IMG/VR virus record: IMGVR_UViG_3300032163_000004
Location: 38,211-102,210 of that record
DNA length: 64,000 nucleotides
Reading direction: 5' to 3' (one strand)
From: a virus
The position numbers and the translations under genes were made by a program. Each line of letters opens with the position of its first letter. The stretch's first letter is position 1. Under the pieces are notes generated by a model. That model saw only the letters and a program-made list of their open reading frames with translations, searched no databases and was not told the origin of the DNA. This document shows positions 50,728-61,313 of the stretch, one piece after another.

Positions 50728-51863
50728 CGCATCCCAGTTCGCTCCTCAGTTATTATCCCGATTATTCAATCCTTGACACAGTTCTATCTAGAGGACTATA
50801 TGATACGTTGAATTTATTTATTGATTTAAAGAACGTATTTCAATCTTTGTACATGGAACACTCTATCATTAATCTTGTTGAATCTACAATAAAAAGCGGA
50901 TATACGGATAGTTCGATGTTTGCAGCATTGGTTTCGTTTATATCTTTTCATAAAATTTATGCAGCTCGTAGAAATATAAAAATTAATTTCTATGTATTTT
51001 TTGAGAGCGGTGAATCTTTTTACCACTTGAACATTTATAAGAAGTATAAAATTTCACGGAAGGTAGATAATTTATATGGTTTAGATTCAGATAAAAGAGA
51101 TCTATTCTTTAGTATTCTCCATAAGAACTACCAGCTTATGGAACGAGCATTTAATCTAGTTCCAAGAGTTAAGATTCTTCGACTTCAAAATCTAGAGGCA
51201 GATTTTATCCCTTATTATCTTATCACCCGTCAGTTAGTTTCTACAGATTCAAAAGTTGGTCATATTGTATATAGTAATGATCATGATATGTTTCAGTGCG
51301 TTTCTGATAATTGTTATGTCTTCTCAAAATCGTCTAAAGGTAAAAAACTTATTAAGAAGGGCGAAGTGATGAAGGAATATTTAAAAACAGAAACTAACTT
51401 AGAAGATAGTTATCTTCCTATCGCGATGTCAATTATAGGAGATATGGGAGATGATGTAGATGGGATTAGACAGATTGGAGGAAAAAGGATTCAAGAGTTT
51501 CTAAAAGATCTAGTTGATTTAGGTGGTGGGGTTGAACAAGTGTATTCGAATGTAGTATCAGATAAAGAATTATTTCAAACAAAATCCTTGGAAAGTATGA
51601 ACAAATATATACTTAAAGTTATAGCGGAAGAAAGTGAAAAGAAGATTGTTTCTAGGAATTTGAAACTGGTTTCTTTTGAAGTTCTATCAAGGTTCTTTGA
51701 TTCTCCTAACAGCACTGAAATGTTAGAAAAAAAGAAGAAGTTAATAGAAACATTGAATGATAATGAAACTGTTTCTTCTGATGTTTTAAGAGAAAGTTTA
51801 GAAAAGAGTAGGATTTACTTCGATTACGAAGAGTTCTCTAACCTTTACTATGGAGCAGGATAA
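50727..51863 (+). CDS. 5'-3' exonuclease / T4 RNase H (FEN-like); probable ACG start at 50727 (track start TTG 50808)
   Basis: FIDLK, YKxxR, LEADF, SNDHDMFQ, GDMGDDVDGI H3TH motif. Confidence 0.82.
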   Translation, partial: THPSSLLSYYPDYSILDTVLSRGLYDTLNLFIDLKNVFQSLYMEHSIINLVESTIKSGYTDSSMFAALVSFISFHKIYAARRNIKINFYVFFESGESFYHLNIYKKYKISRKVDNLYGLDSDKRDLFFSILHKNYQLMERAFNLVPRVKILRLQNLEADFIPYYLITRQLVSTDSKVGHIVYSNDHDMFQCVSDNCYVFSKSSKGKKLIKKGEVMKEYLKTETNLEDSYLPIAMSIIGDMGDDVDGIRQIGGKRIQEFLKDLVDLGGGVEQVYSNVVSDKELFQTKSLESMNKYILKVIAEESEKKIVSRNLKLVSFEVLSRFFDSPNSTEMLEKKKKLIETLNDNETVSSDVLRESLEKSRIYFDYEEFSNLYYGAG

Positions 51864-52579
51864 TGTTAAATGAGGGCAGGGTTTTAAATTATGTTAAAAC
51901 TAATCTAGGCTTCCCATTTATGGTGTTGGAAAAAAATGATGATGAAATAATCGAATATATTCAAGAATTTACACTCCGGGAATTCTCTTTATACCAACCA
52001 GAAAAAGGGAAAAAGATAGTTTTAAACACGCAATCAGCAGCTACCAAAGTTCATGGAATTCAGAATGAATATATTCTAAACGAGCCAGATGGTTTAGAAA
52101 TTTTAAATGTAGTTGATGTCTATAGCCCAACAGGAGACCTATTAATTCATGGCCACCCACCGATCGGCCCTCTTACACATTTTCAACTTCGAGAATGGGC
52201 ATTGGACGTGAGTATGGCAATGGAGTTGAAGCAGTTTTCATCTTGGGATAAAACATTTGAGTTTAGGCATCCAAATATTATAAGAATAAGTCCAGTAATT
52301 TCAACCGAACAGTATCTTACAATTGAGTATGAAAGAATGCAACCCCCAGATTTTTCAGGGATTCCTAATGAATTAGAGGGGATCTTTATGGAGTTTGCTC
52401 TTGCAGATATTATGGTAGTTCTTGGAAGGATAAGAAAAAGATATGCAGATATGAAAACACCTTTTGGAGATATTCCGATTTCTGCAGATATTGGTGATGA
52501 GGGAAGAGATAAAAAGAAAGAGTTAATAGATAAATTATCAGTTGGAAGTCTCCCTAATGTAATTATAGATTTTGCATAA
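51863..52579 (+). CDS. neck protein (T4 gp13-like head-tail connector)
   Basis: YVKTNLGFP..VLE N-terminus, LGRIRKRY. Confidence 0.65.
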   Translation: MLNEGRVLNYVKTNLGFPFMVLEKNDDEIIEYIQEFTLREFSLYQPEKGKKIVLNTQSAATKVHGIQNEYILNEPDGLEILNVVDVYSPTGDLLIHGHPPIGPLTHFQLREWALDVSMAMELKQFSSWDKTFEFRHPNIIRISPVISTEQYLTIEYERMQPPDFSGIPNELEGIFMEFALADIMVVLGRIRKRYADMKTPFGDIPISADIGDEGRDKKKELIDKLSVGSLPNVIIDFA

Positions 52580-52596
52580 AATTAGGAGAAATTATA

Positions 52597-53139
52597 ATGA
52601 AGTTTACAAGTAAAGAAATTACTTGGGCATGTAGAATGGTTTTACTAGACGATCTAAAATCTAGTGAAACTTTAAGAGAATCTTTGTCTTGTGATGAAGA
52701 AGATGAGTTTAAAAACTTTATCAAAAATCTAAAAGTAGATGCTATTTTAAAAATATTAAAAGAAGATCGTAAACCTTCTCCTTTTGATTATGATGTAGAT
52801 TCTTCGTTGAGTATGAAAGAACTTGAAAGAGGACTAAAAGATGCTCTAGGAATGAAGTATGGAATAGACAAAAAAATTATTGTTAGTGTTGGATTATCTG
52901 TTCTTCTTGCAATTATTGGATATTTACTTTATAGAAGGTATAAAGATAAGTGTAGACAAATTTGTTCGAAATCAATCGCCAAAGCTGGTTGTATGAAGAA
53001 ATGCAAGATGGTTAATATAAGGGCTGTTATAACAACATTAAACTCTGAGAAATCAAAGTGTGGTAGAGATAAGAAGTGTAATATAAAATTTGATAAGCAA
53101 ATAAAGAAGTGGCAGGAAAAATTAGGAAGTGTTAGGTAA
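52597..53139 (+). CDS. hydrophobic-segment plus Cys-rich protein, paralog of 7037-7435
   Basis: TM-like helix then YKDKCRQIC...CMKKCK...KC...KC...KW. Confidence 0.7.
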   Translation: MKFTSKEITWACRMVLLDDLKSSETLRESLSCDEEDEFKNFIKNLKVDAILKILKEDRKPSPFDYDVDSSLSMKELERGLKDALGMKYGIDKKIIVSVGLSVLLAIIGYLLYRRYKDKCRQICSKSIAKAGCMKKCKMVNIRAVITTLNSEKSKCGRDKKCNIKFDKQIKKWQEKLGSVR

Positions 53140-53281
53140 AAGGTTATGGATGAATATACTGCTTATAGATGTCCAAAATGTAAAATTTCGTTTGCTTGTC
53201 AAAGAAGAAAAGGGATGAGATGTTTTGTTTGTAAAGTAAAAGTATTAGAAATTAGAAGTAAGGATTTAAGGGGAGAATAAA

Positions 53282-54214
53282 ATGGCAAACGGAAATTGGG
53301 TAACATTTACATGTTCGGGAACACTATTTGCTACAACTCTTGCAGATAATGCCGTAGCAAATGGATGGACAAGATCTGAGGCAGGGTATGATTGGCTTAA
53401 ACCAGTTAATTCAAACAATGTCTGCATAGGGAGAATATCTTATCTTGGAGCTATCAGAATCTATACTGAGATAGGTATTACTGGTCAGTTGTATACTATT
53501 TGTGAACCTACTGTTAGGGAATCGTATGACTCTGGAATGCATACAGGAATAGGTCTGGGTTGGAGTGGCTGGGGCAACCCTATTTATTGGGCTATGAGAG
53601 GTGAGAACGACCTTGCCAGAGATTTTACGTTTGAAGGGTGGATGGACGTTAATTGTATTTTTGGTAACGTCAAGCCAGACCCATCGATTTTAGGGGCTAC
53701 TACTTTTCCAATTTTCTTCTGTGTAACTAAAGGATTTGATGGAGTCAACCGTTTGGTTGGGTTGGATACACTGCCGACTGGTGCTGCTTATCGTTGCAAT
53801 GCAAGACTTATTTATGCTACAGATGCTTTGGCTTACTGGAAAGGTTTACAGTCAGGTGGACTTGGAGTTTGGGGATTTGATAACAAAGCAAGATTATCAA
53901 GGTTGTACCTATTCCGTGGCGGTATTGCAGTTGCAGATGTAGTAAATCCTGCAGCTATTATTGGAAGCTTTGAAGATCCAGTAACTGGGATACCTTATGT
54001 TCTTTGTAGTAAGAGTCAGGGTATTGAGGTTTGTAATGATGAATGTATACTAACGATCGGAGGAATAGATTATTACTATAGATGTATGTATCCTACTTTG
54101 ACACCACTACATAACGTTATGTTGTGTAATAAATCTTCTAATTTTAATGCCATTGTAATTCCTTCATCGAAAGGTGTAGACGAGATACTAACTTACTGGG
54201 TAAGGAGATTATAA
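53282..54214 (+). CDS. putative virion/tail-associated protein
   Basis: 310 aa Gly/aromatic-rich, among structural genes. Confidence 0.5.
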   Translation: MANGNWVTFTCSGTLFATTLADNAVANGWTRSEAGYDWLKPVNSNNVCIGRISYLGAIRIYTEIGITGQLYTICEPTVRESYDSGMHTGIGLGWSGWGNPIYWAMRGENDLARDFTFEGWMDVNCIFGNVKPDPSILGATTFPIFFCVTKGFDGVNRLVGLDTLPTGAAYRCNARLIYATDALAYWKGLQSGGLGVWGFDNKARLSRLYLFRGGIAVADVVNPAAIIGSFEDPVTGIPYVLCSKSQGIEVCNDECILTIGGIDYYYRCMYPTLTPLHNVMLCNKSSNFNAIVIPSSKGVDEILTYWVRRL

Positions 54215-54371
54215 ATGGAAAAGGATTGTAGCAAGTGCGGAAAGGAACTCACAGTTCAGGAGAACATTTATTATGATATCCCCGCTGGTTCAAGGAAGGG
54301 TTTTTGCCAAAAGTGTTATGATGATTATATGATTGCAATGGCTGAAACGGGAATGAAACTGGAGTAATGGA

Positions 54372-55808
54372 ATGAGTTGGTTGACTGGTTGGGGATTTCG
54401 GAAAGATCATTTTATTAATCCTGCTTCTGGTGCAGATCAGAATTACCAGAAGAGAATAGTGGTCCATTTTGGATTTGGGTCTGATGACGATGAGAATGTT
54501 TACCTTAACGGAAATTGTCAGGCTGATTTTGGAGACGTGAGATTTACAAGCAACACAGGGGTTGCGCTGCTCGATTATTGGATCGACAAGAAAGTTGATA
54601 GCAGCTACGCTATTTGTTGGGTTGAAATTGCTGAAGATTTAAGTGTATACGATAAAAAAATACAAGTTTATTACGGTAAACCGGGATCAACCTCAATAGC
54701 TAATGGGGGCAATACTTTTATTTTCTTTGATGATTTTGAGATAGATTTAAGCAATTGGGTAGTTAACCCTGCCCTTTCTGCTGTTCTTTCTACTGACTTT
54801 GTTTATTCTGGAACCAAAAGCGTGAAGTTACCTTTAACATCCCCAACAGGGATAACCCTTGGTCATTGGCAAAGTCCGAATGGAAATATAGCAGTTCATA
54901 TTCATTTTTATGATGAAATGTTACCATTAAGAGAATCTACCATGTGTAGTATTGATGCTGGGGAATCCGAACAATCGTGGATTGGTATTAAGAATGATAT
55001 AGGACAATACGAATATCAACTTCAAGGCACTACTTATAACAGTGGTGTTGATAGGGTAATTGGTTGGCATGAGTTCATAACAAGATGCACGAATAACTTG
55101 AAGCAATTTATTATAGACGGAAATATTATGCCTGTCACAGGCACAGGAAATTGGTGTCCAAGAACTTGGATTATAAATTCAAGCCCAACTTTCTCGGATA
55201 GTCCGTCTTATTGGGATACCGTTTTCGTAAGAAAATTTGTTAATCCCGAACCTGCTCACGGAGTATGGGGTAATGAAGAGAATGAGGCGGGATATCTACC
55301 CACAACGTTTGTAGCAGAAGATGTTGAAAATTCTATTTCTGGAACTCCATTGATTTTAGAAGATATGATTTATCCTTTGGATCAAAAGCCTTTGGATACT
55401 GAGGAGGATTTATTATCTCTACTCGGTTCCCCTCATATTCTAACTTCATCTGAGGATTTACTTGTTGCTCTGATTGGAGCCCCTCATATTCCAACTTTAT
55501 CTGAGGATTTACTTGTAGTCTTAACAAAGTTGAAGTTTTTGTCTGTAGAAGATTCTGTATTTACTTTATTTGGTTCTCTACACGTTCCAATTTCATCTGA
55601 GGACTTGCTCGTAGCTTTAGCAAGGGAACTCCGGTCCGTGGAAGATTTGATTCCTGATCTATCCGGTTCTTTCCACGTTCCAACTTCTTCTGATGAAGTA
55701 ACTATGTCTTTGTTAGCAAAGAGACTCCGTAGAGTTCTTATGGATCTTTCTATGATAGGAGCATTTCCAATTATAGGTGGAAGTCATGTTATTCAGAGTG
55801 AATCATAA
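54372..55808 (+). CDS. DUF2341-domain virion protein with C-terminal about 17-aa SEDLL repeats
   Basis: WLTGWGFRK, DFGDVRFT, LDYW, YYG, TFIFFDDF. Confidence 0.8.
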   Translation: MSWLTGWGFRKDHFINPASGADQNYQKRIVVHFGFGSDDDENVYLNGNCQADFGDVRFTSNTGVALLDYWIDKKVDSSYAICWVEIAEDLSVYDKKIQVYYGKPGSTSIANGGNTFIFFDDFEIDLSNWVVNPALSAVLSTDFVYSGTKSVKLPLTSPTGITLGHWQSPNGNIAVHIHFYDEMLPLRESTMCSIDAGESEQSWIGIKNDIGQYEYQLQGTTYNSGVDRVIGWHEFITRCTNNLKQFIIDGNIMPVTGTGNWCPRTWIINSSPTFSDSPSYWDTVFVRKFVNPEPAHGVWGNEENEAGYLPTTFVAEDVENSISGTPLILEDMIYPLDQKPLDTEEDLLSLLGSPHILTSSEDLLVALIGAPHIPTLSEDLLVVLTKLKFLSVEDSVFTLFGSLHVPISSEDLLVALARELRSVEDLIPDLSGSFHVPTSSDEVTMSLLAKRLRRVLMDLSMIGAFPIIGGSHVIQSES

Positions 55809-57184
55809 TGAGTAATCTTGGAGATATAATTACATTTGATTTTACAACGCACAATCCTTCGACTGGAATGGTATCGGATGCAGATGCACTACCTACTTGT
55901 GAAGTTTTTGAAGACGATAATGATACGGAGATATTGAGCCCTGTTGTTTCTAAACGAACTGGAAAAACAGGAAATTATAGAGTATCCATAGAGACATCTA
56001 CAGCTAATGGATTTGAGGTTGGCAAGAGCTACAATGTTATAGTAGCTACAACTGTAAATCTCGTTTCGGCAAAAGCAAGGGTAGCTGTATTTGTTTTGGA
56101 TTCAAAACGCAATGCTGATTTGAATGATTTATCGACGTCACAGGTTCGTAGTGAAGTCGATTTGGAATTTACGGAGAGAGGCTATTCAGCAGATCGTGCT
56201 GTCTTATTGGACAATCTTGATGTTGAAATTTCCACACGAGCTTTAGAAACTAGTGGAAAGATTGACAATATAAAAGTCAAAACGGACCAATTAACTTTTA
56301 CCGTTCCTAATAAAGTTGACGCTACATTTGATACTACTGCAGAAGTTGAACTTTCGCAAGAAGATCATGATCTAATAGTGTTAATACCAGATATTAAAGA
56401 TAAAACAGATCAGATGGTATTTACTCTGTATGGTGGAATAAGCGCAACAGTAGATGATTTTACCGAAACAGCTTTGGATCAGATTCGTGAAGAATTAGAT
56501 CCGATAAAAATTAAAACTGACCAGTTAACATTTACAGTCTCTAACAAAGTTGATGCTACATTTGATGCTACTGCAGAAGTTGTACTTTCACAAGAAGAAC
56601 ATGATCAACTGATGTTAATTGACGATATTAAAACTAAAACAGATGAGATGACATTTGTTCCGGGTGGTGGAATAAGCGTAACAGTAGATGATTTTACCGA
56701 AACAGCTTTGGATCACATTCGGGGAGAATTGGATCCAATAAAGATTAAAACTGATCAATTAACTTTTACAGTTCCTAACAAAGTTGATGTTACAACTGAT
56801 TCTACTGCGGAACTTCAACTTTCACAAGAAGAACATGATAATATAATGTTAATACCTGATATTAAATCTAAAACAGATCAATTAACATTTACAGTTCTTA
56901 ACAAAGTTGATGCAACTGCGGAAGCAGTTTTAAGTCCAGAAGTAGAAGAAGCAATTACAACGATTGGAACTGATTTAAAAAGAGCACTAGGATTATTACA
57001 TGAAAATATCTATATTGATCTACCAGATTATGATGAAAATAATAATTTAGTTTCCGCTAGAGTTCGTATTTATTCAAGTCCAGTTAGTGTTGGTACAGAT
57101 TCTGATATTATAGGGACTTATCAAATAATATCTGAAACTAGTGGACTTGGAAAATTTACTTCGTGGAAGCAGGTATCTGTATAA
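55808..57184 (+). CDS. putative virion fibre/structural protein with 78-aa internal repeats
   Basis: IKxKTDQLTFTVxNKVDAT repeats. Confidence 0.7.
   Translation: MSNLGDIITFDFTTHNPSTGMVSDADALPTCEVFEDDNDTEILSPVVSKRTGKTGNYRVSIETSTANGFEVGKSYNVIVATTVNLVSAKARVAVFVLDSKRNADLNDLSTSQVRSEVDLEFTERGYSADRAVLLDNLDVEISTRALETSGKIDNIKVKTDQLTFTVPNKVDATFDTTAEVELSQEDHDLIVLIPDIKDKTDQMVFTLYGGISATVDDFTETALDQIREELDPIKIKTDQLTFTVSNKVDATFDATAEVVLSQEEHDQLMLIDDIKTKTDEMTFVPGGGISVTVDDFTETALDHIRGELDPIKIKTDQLTFTVPNKVDVTTDSTAELQLSQEEHDNIMLIPDIKSKTDQLTFTVLNKVDATAEAVLSPEVEEAITTIGTDLKRALGLLHENIYIDLPDYDENNNLVSARVRIYSSPVSVGTDSDIIGTYQIISETSGLGKFTSWKQVSV
56270..56925 (+). repeat. 234-bp (78-aa) coding tandem repeat, about 2.8 copies
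   Basis: TACCGAAACAGCTTTGGATCA at 56461 and 56695. Confidence 0.85.
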
Positions 57185-57402
57185 TGAGTGTAAATATCGC
57201 CACAATGGGAATGTTTGGAGGAATGGGTTATGGTGGAGGTGGGGGTCCGGCTATTGCTGGATCAGGTATTCCGTCTGAGATATCTAGAAAAGAATATGCA
57301 GAACTTAATAAGCCTTCTGTTTTAGTTGGAAGAGTTGAATTTGGTGATAAAATTGATCAAGAACAGTTACGAGGAACTATAATAGTAAAATCTGTTAAGT
57401 AG
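57184..57402 (+). CDS. small hypothetical (likely structural) protein
   Basis: TAATG overlap, MSVNIATMGMFGG. Confidence 0.6.
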   Translation: MSVNIATMGMFGGMGYGGGGGPAIAGSGIPSEISRKEYAELNKPSVLVGRVEFGDKIDQEQLRGTIIVKSVK

Positions 57403-57412
57403 GAGACTAAGC

Positions 57413-58105
57413 ATGTTAGAACTAAATGTTAATCAAAATAGATCACTTAACTTTGAAATTCAGTTATCTGGAATAGCTCATACACAACTAGAAGGTTTCT
57501 TAAGAATTATTATAGATGGAATTGAATATGGTTTTAAAGCAGAAGTTAACGAAGGAGATATTATAGTTGATGTTCCAGTTCTAAAAAATATTATTCCAAG
57601 AGAAGTTAAAGAAGGTGAAAAGTTTGATGCTAAACTAGAAGTTGTAGGAAATGGATATTATCTTAATCCTTGGACTGGATCGTTTATTGTTAAGAATCCT
57701 GTTATACTAGAAGCTAAGATAAAAGAAGACGTTGCAGATAGTGGAGCTCCAAAGATAGGTATTACTAAAGTTAAAACTGGAGGTTCAAGTAAAGTAGAAA
57801 CCAAATTGAAAGAAATGAAAGAGACTATTAAGAAACCAGTTGAAAGAAAAGAAACTAAAAAAATTGTAGTAGAGAATAAAACTAATTTACCAAAAATAGT
57901 TTTGACTGAAGATCATGTTATTCAGTATATGGTTAAACAAGGTACAAAAAGTAAAAGAGTCCAAGAGTTTATACTTGAACAAGCAAAACTAAATTCTAAA
58001 ACTGACTCTCCAGAAGATATGTTAAGAGCAGTGATAAAGTTTTATAAGAATCAAGGTAAAGAGAAAGATGATTCTATTGCTAAAAAACTAGGAGAGAAAC
58101 TTTAG
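57413..58105 (+). CDS. hypothetical protein (probable virion protein)
   Basis: 230 aa, AGGAG RBS. Confidence 0.65.
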   Translation: MLELNVNQNRSLNFEIQLSGIAHTQLEGFLRIIIDGIEYGFKAEVNEGDIIVDVPVLKNIIPREVKEGEKFDAKLEVVGNGYYLNPWTGSFIVKNPVILEAKIKEDVADSGAPKIGITKVKTGGSSKVETKLKEMKETIKKPVERKETKKIVVENKTNLPKIVLTEDHVIQYMVKQGTKSKRVQEFILEQAKLNSKTDSPEDMLRAVIKFYKNQGKEKDDSIAKKLGEKL

Positions 58106-58209
58106 TATTCTATATTTAATTTTAAAAATGATATAAAGATCCTCCGGTTAGAATGAAGTAGAATGAGAACAAAATAATGCAGAGAACTTTTAGAGTGAGT
58201 GGAGGTAAA

Positions 58210-59913
58210 ATGAACTTAAATTTTAGCATAGTTTTAATCGTGAAAAATGAAGAAAAGACTTTACCTAAAATGTTGGATTCTTTAAAGGAGTTTAGAGAAC
58301 GTGGTGGAGAGATAGTTATATGCGATACAGGTTCTAAAGACAATACTGTTAAAATCGCTAGAGACTACGGTTGTGTTACAGAAGAAGTTAGAGAAAAGTT
58401 TATCAAAATTATTACGAAAGAATTAGCCCAGAAAATCAATAGAAAGTTTAGTGTTAATGAAGGAGACATTGTTAAATTTGGTGATAAGTTATTTGACTTT
58501 GCTTCGGCTAGAAACTATGCTGCTTCTTTAGCTTCTAACGATTTAATAAGTAATCAAGATGCAGATGAAGAATATACTAAGTTAGATATAGATAAGGTTT
58601 GTGATTTTATTAATCAAGGTTATGACCAATTTGAATACAACTTTGTCTTTTCACATGACCAATTTGGTAACGAAGCAATTAAGTTCGTTCAGAGCAAATT
58701 TTATAATAGGAGAAAAATGCAATGGGAAGGTATTGTCCATGAAGTACTTCAACCACTAGTTTCTGGAGAAATCAAAAGGTTGTTTCTTGATGAGTCAATA
58801 ATTAAACTTGAACACTGGCAGAATCCAACAACTAGTCGTGGAGCTTATCTCAAAGGACTGGCAGTGGATTGTTTTCAAAATCCCAATAAAGATAGACAAT
58901 CACACTATTTTGCTAGAGAGTTGTTATGGTGTGGAAAACCAAAGTCTGCCATTAAGGAGTTCGAGCATCATATTGCAATGAATAGATGGAAAGCAGAAAT
59001 GGCGCAATCAATGATTTTTATAGGAGATGCTAATGGTCAGTTAAATCAAGGAGATAAACAAATAGAATGGTATCATAAGGCTTTTGTTTTAGACTCTAGT
59101 AGGAGAGAATCTTTAATTAGATTAGCACATTTTTTTAGAGCCCGCAATGAACCCCAAAAAGTTGCTTGTTATATAGCAGCAGCAATGGAGATACCATGGG
59201 TTCCTTTTTATGCTAACTACAGAAATCACTATACTAATGAACCACATGAACTAATGTATTGGGCCCGTGGATGGCTTGGTGACATTGAAGGAGCAAAATA
59301 CCATATTTTAAAAGCCCTTGAATATCAACCTTATAATAGGATTTATCTAGAACATACAAAATATTATTTTGAGTATCCTGATAATTTAATAGAAGGTTGG
59401 ATGCGTTTTCCAGAACTACTTTGGTTATATGAAACAGCTAAAAAGATGAACACGATTGCAGAAGCTGGAAGCTGGAAAGGCAAGAGCACTCATGCACTAT
59501 GCTCAGGTTGCAAGAGCGGAACAGTTACTGCAATAGATCATTTTCTTGGTTCAGAAGAAGAGAAAGAATTTCAACATAAAGAAGCTGTAGGTGATATAGT
59601 TTATAATCAATTTATGGAAAATATGAAAAGATTTAATAACTTAAGAGTTAATCGAAAAGATATTGTTGAAGCTGCTAAAGATTATCCAGACAAATATTTT
59701 GATATGACGTTCCTCGACGGTGGGCATACGTACGAACAAGTGAAAGCAGATATCCTTGCTTGGTTACCAAAAACAAAGAAATTAATTTGTGGACACGATT
59801 ATACTCCTAATCTTTGGAATGGTGTTGTTAAAGCTGTAGATGAGGTAATAGGAAAAGTTCAAGTAGTAGATTCAATATGGTTTAAATTTTTAGAAGAGGA
59901 GAGAGATGTTTAA
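58210..59913 (+). CDS. GT2 glycosyltransferase - TPR - class I SAM methyltransferase fusion
   Basis: IVKNEE, CDTGSKD, DFASARN, QDADE, VHE; TPR-like helices; EAGSWKGKS, FLDGGHTYE, CGHDY; ATG 58210 after GGAGG. Confidence 0.9.
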   Translation: MNLNFSIVLIVKNEEKTLPKMLDSLKEFRERGGEIVICDTGSKDNTVKIARDYGCVTEEVREKFIKIITKELAQKINRKFSVNEGDIVKFGDKLFDFASARNYAASLASNDLISNQDADEEYTKLDIDKVCDFINQGYDQFEYNFVFSHDQFGNEAIKFVQSKFYNRRKMQWEGIVHEVLQPLVSGEIKRLFLDESIIKLEHWQNPTTSRGAYLKGLAVDCFQNPNKDRQSHYFARELLWCGKPKSAIKEFEHHIAMNRWKAEMAQSMIFIGDANGQLNQGDKQIEWYHKAFVLDSSRRESLIRLAHFFRARNEPQKVACYIAAAMEIPWVPFYANYRNHYTNEPHELMYWARGWLGDIEGAKYHILKALEYQPYNRIYLEHTKYYFEYPDNLIEGWMRFPELLWLYETAKKMNTIAEAGSWKGKSTHALCSGCKSGTVTAIDHFLGSEEEKEFQHKEAVGDIVYNQFMENMKRFNNLRVNRKDIVEAAKDYPDKYFDMTFLDGGHTYEQVKADILAWLPKTKKLICGHDYTPNLWNGVVKAVDEVIGKVQVVDSIWFKFLEEERDV

Positions 59914-60340
59914 AAAAGGAAGTATTCCTTGGAATAAAGGACTTACAAAAGAAACGGATGAGAGAGTTGAAAAATATAGTAATAAAGGAAAACCATCTGG
60001 AGCTTTAGGAAAACATTGGAAAAGACTTGATCAAATAGGAGAAAATAATCCAGCGAAAAGACTAGATGTTAGAAAGAAGATAAGTGAATCTAAATTAGCA
60101 GAAAATAATCCTTTATGGAAAGGTGGTTTATATAGTCATTTTCATGAAGAAGCTAAGAAGTTTTTTGGAAAACCAGTTTGTGAGGACTGTGGAATAAGTT
60201 TAGAAGAGTATCGTTTAGTTCATAAAAAAGGATTTCATATGCATTGTTTAACTAGAGATTATACTATATTACAACAATTCAATTGGAAATGTGTTTGTAG
60301 TAGGTGCCATAGTCGTATTCACTTAGAGGAGAATAAATGA
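59906..60340 (+). CDS. NUMOD/HNH-like homing endonuclease
   Basis: PWNKGLTKET, WKGG, CEDCG...CSRCH..H. Confidence 0.72.
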   Translation: MFKKGSIPWNKGLTKETDERVEKYSNKGKPSGALGKHWKRLDQIGENNPAKRLDVRKKISESKLAENNPLWKGGLYSHFHEEAKKFFGKPVCEDCGISLEEYRLVHKKGFHMHCLTRDYTILQQFNWKCVCSRCHSRIHLEENK

Positions 60341-61302
60341 AGAATTCGTTTACGGCGGCGAATGAGTTTCCTTATAAGATATTTCGAGATTTAGGATTAC
60401 TAGTATCAATTTTTGATGGTGAGAAAATTCTTCCTCGTCATGTTCAATTATCTCCAACTAATAAATGTAATTTGAAGTGTAGTTTTTGTAGCTGTCAATC
60501 TAGAGATCAAAAGCAAGAATGGACTTTTGATGATGTTCAAAAAATAACAAAAATTCTAAAAGAAGTTTGGACAAAAGGAGTTACAATTACAGGGGGAGGA
60601 GAACCCTTTCTTTTTAAACATATTGATGAATTAATAATTTCTCTTCGAAATATAGGAGTATCTGTTGGAATTGTAAGTAATGGAACTATTCCATGCAATG
60701 AACTTATTATACCTTTGATAACGTGGATCCGCTTTTCCTTTTCAGATGATAGAGTTATAGATAATAAATTTTTAGATAATATTCGGAAATGGATAGGAAA
60801 AGGAGTAGACTTAGCGTTTAGTTATGTAGTAACAGCTGACGTTAATTTTTCGAATATAAAACAAATTGTTGAGTTTGCAAATAATAACAAGTTTACACAT
60901 ATTCGATTAGTTTCAGATATATTAGATCCTCAAACTTCAAAGAATATTCTTAACGTTAAAGATTTTCTTAGAAGAGATTGTGATATTGATGATAGTTTAG
61001 TTATTTATCAACCAAGAGGGAGTTATACTAAAGGAATTCAGAGGTGTTTAATTTCATTATTAAAACCAATGATATACAGCGATGGTCATATTTATCCTTG
61101 CTGTGGGGTTCAATATGCTTTAATTGATGATACGAAAAGAATGCCTGAAAGAATGAGAATGGGTTACTATACAAAGCTTCCACAAATAATTGAGAAACAA
61201 AAATGTTTTGATGGTAGTATTTGCAATGTGTGTTATTACGAAAAATACAATGTTGTACTTGATAGTTTACTAGAAAAGATGAAACACTTAGATTTTATTT
61301 AG
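60337..61302 (+). CDS. radical SAM protein with C-terminal Cys-rich (SPASM/twitch-like) domain
   Basis: CNLKCSFC, TGGGEP, SNG, C...GHIYPCC...C..C. Confidence 0.9.
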   Translation: MKNSFTAANEFPYKIFRDLGLLVSIFDGEKILPRHVQLSPTNKCNLKCSFCSCQSRDQKQEWTFDDVQKITKILKEVWTKGVTITGGGEPFLFKHIDELIISLRNIGVSVGIVSNGTIPCNELIIPLITWIRFSFSDDRVIDNKFLDNIRKWIGKGVDLAFSYVVTADVNFSNIKQIVEFANNNKFTHIRLVSDILDPQTSKNILNVKDFLRRDCDIDDSLVIYQPRGSYTKGIQRCLISLLKPMIYSDGHIYPCCGVQYALIDDTKRMPERMRMGYYTKLPQIIEKQKCFDGSICNVCYYEKYNVVLDSLLEKMKHLDFI

Positions 61303-61313
61303 GAGAGAAACAA

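Noticed and set aside
49837-50730. Group I intron around the endonuclease (GGTATAGTCT resembles the S element)
   Set aside because: The ORF overlaps the clamp stop codon directly, leaving no room for an intron core, and both flanking genes appear complete.
54372-57184. Diversity-generating retroelement TR/VR pair
   Set aside because: Repeats are in-frame tandem protein repeats without adenine-specific differences, and no reverse transcriptase is in the window.
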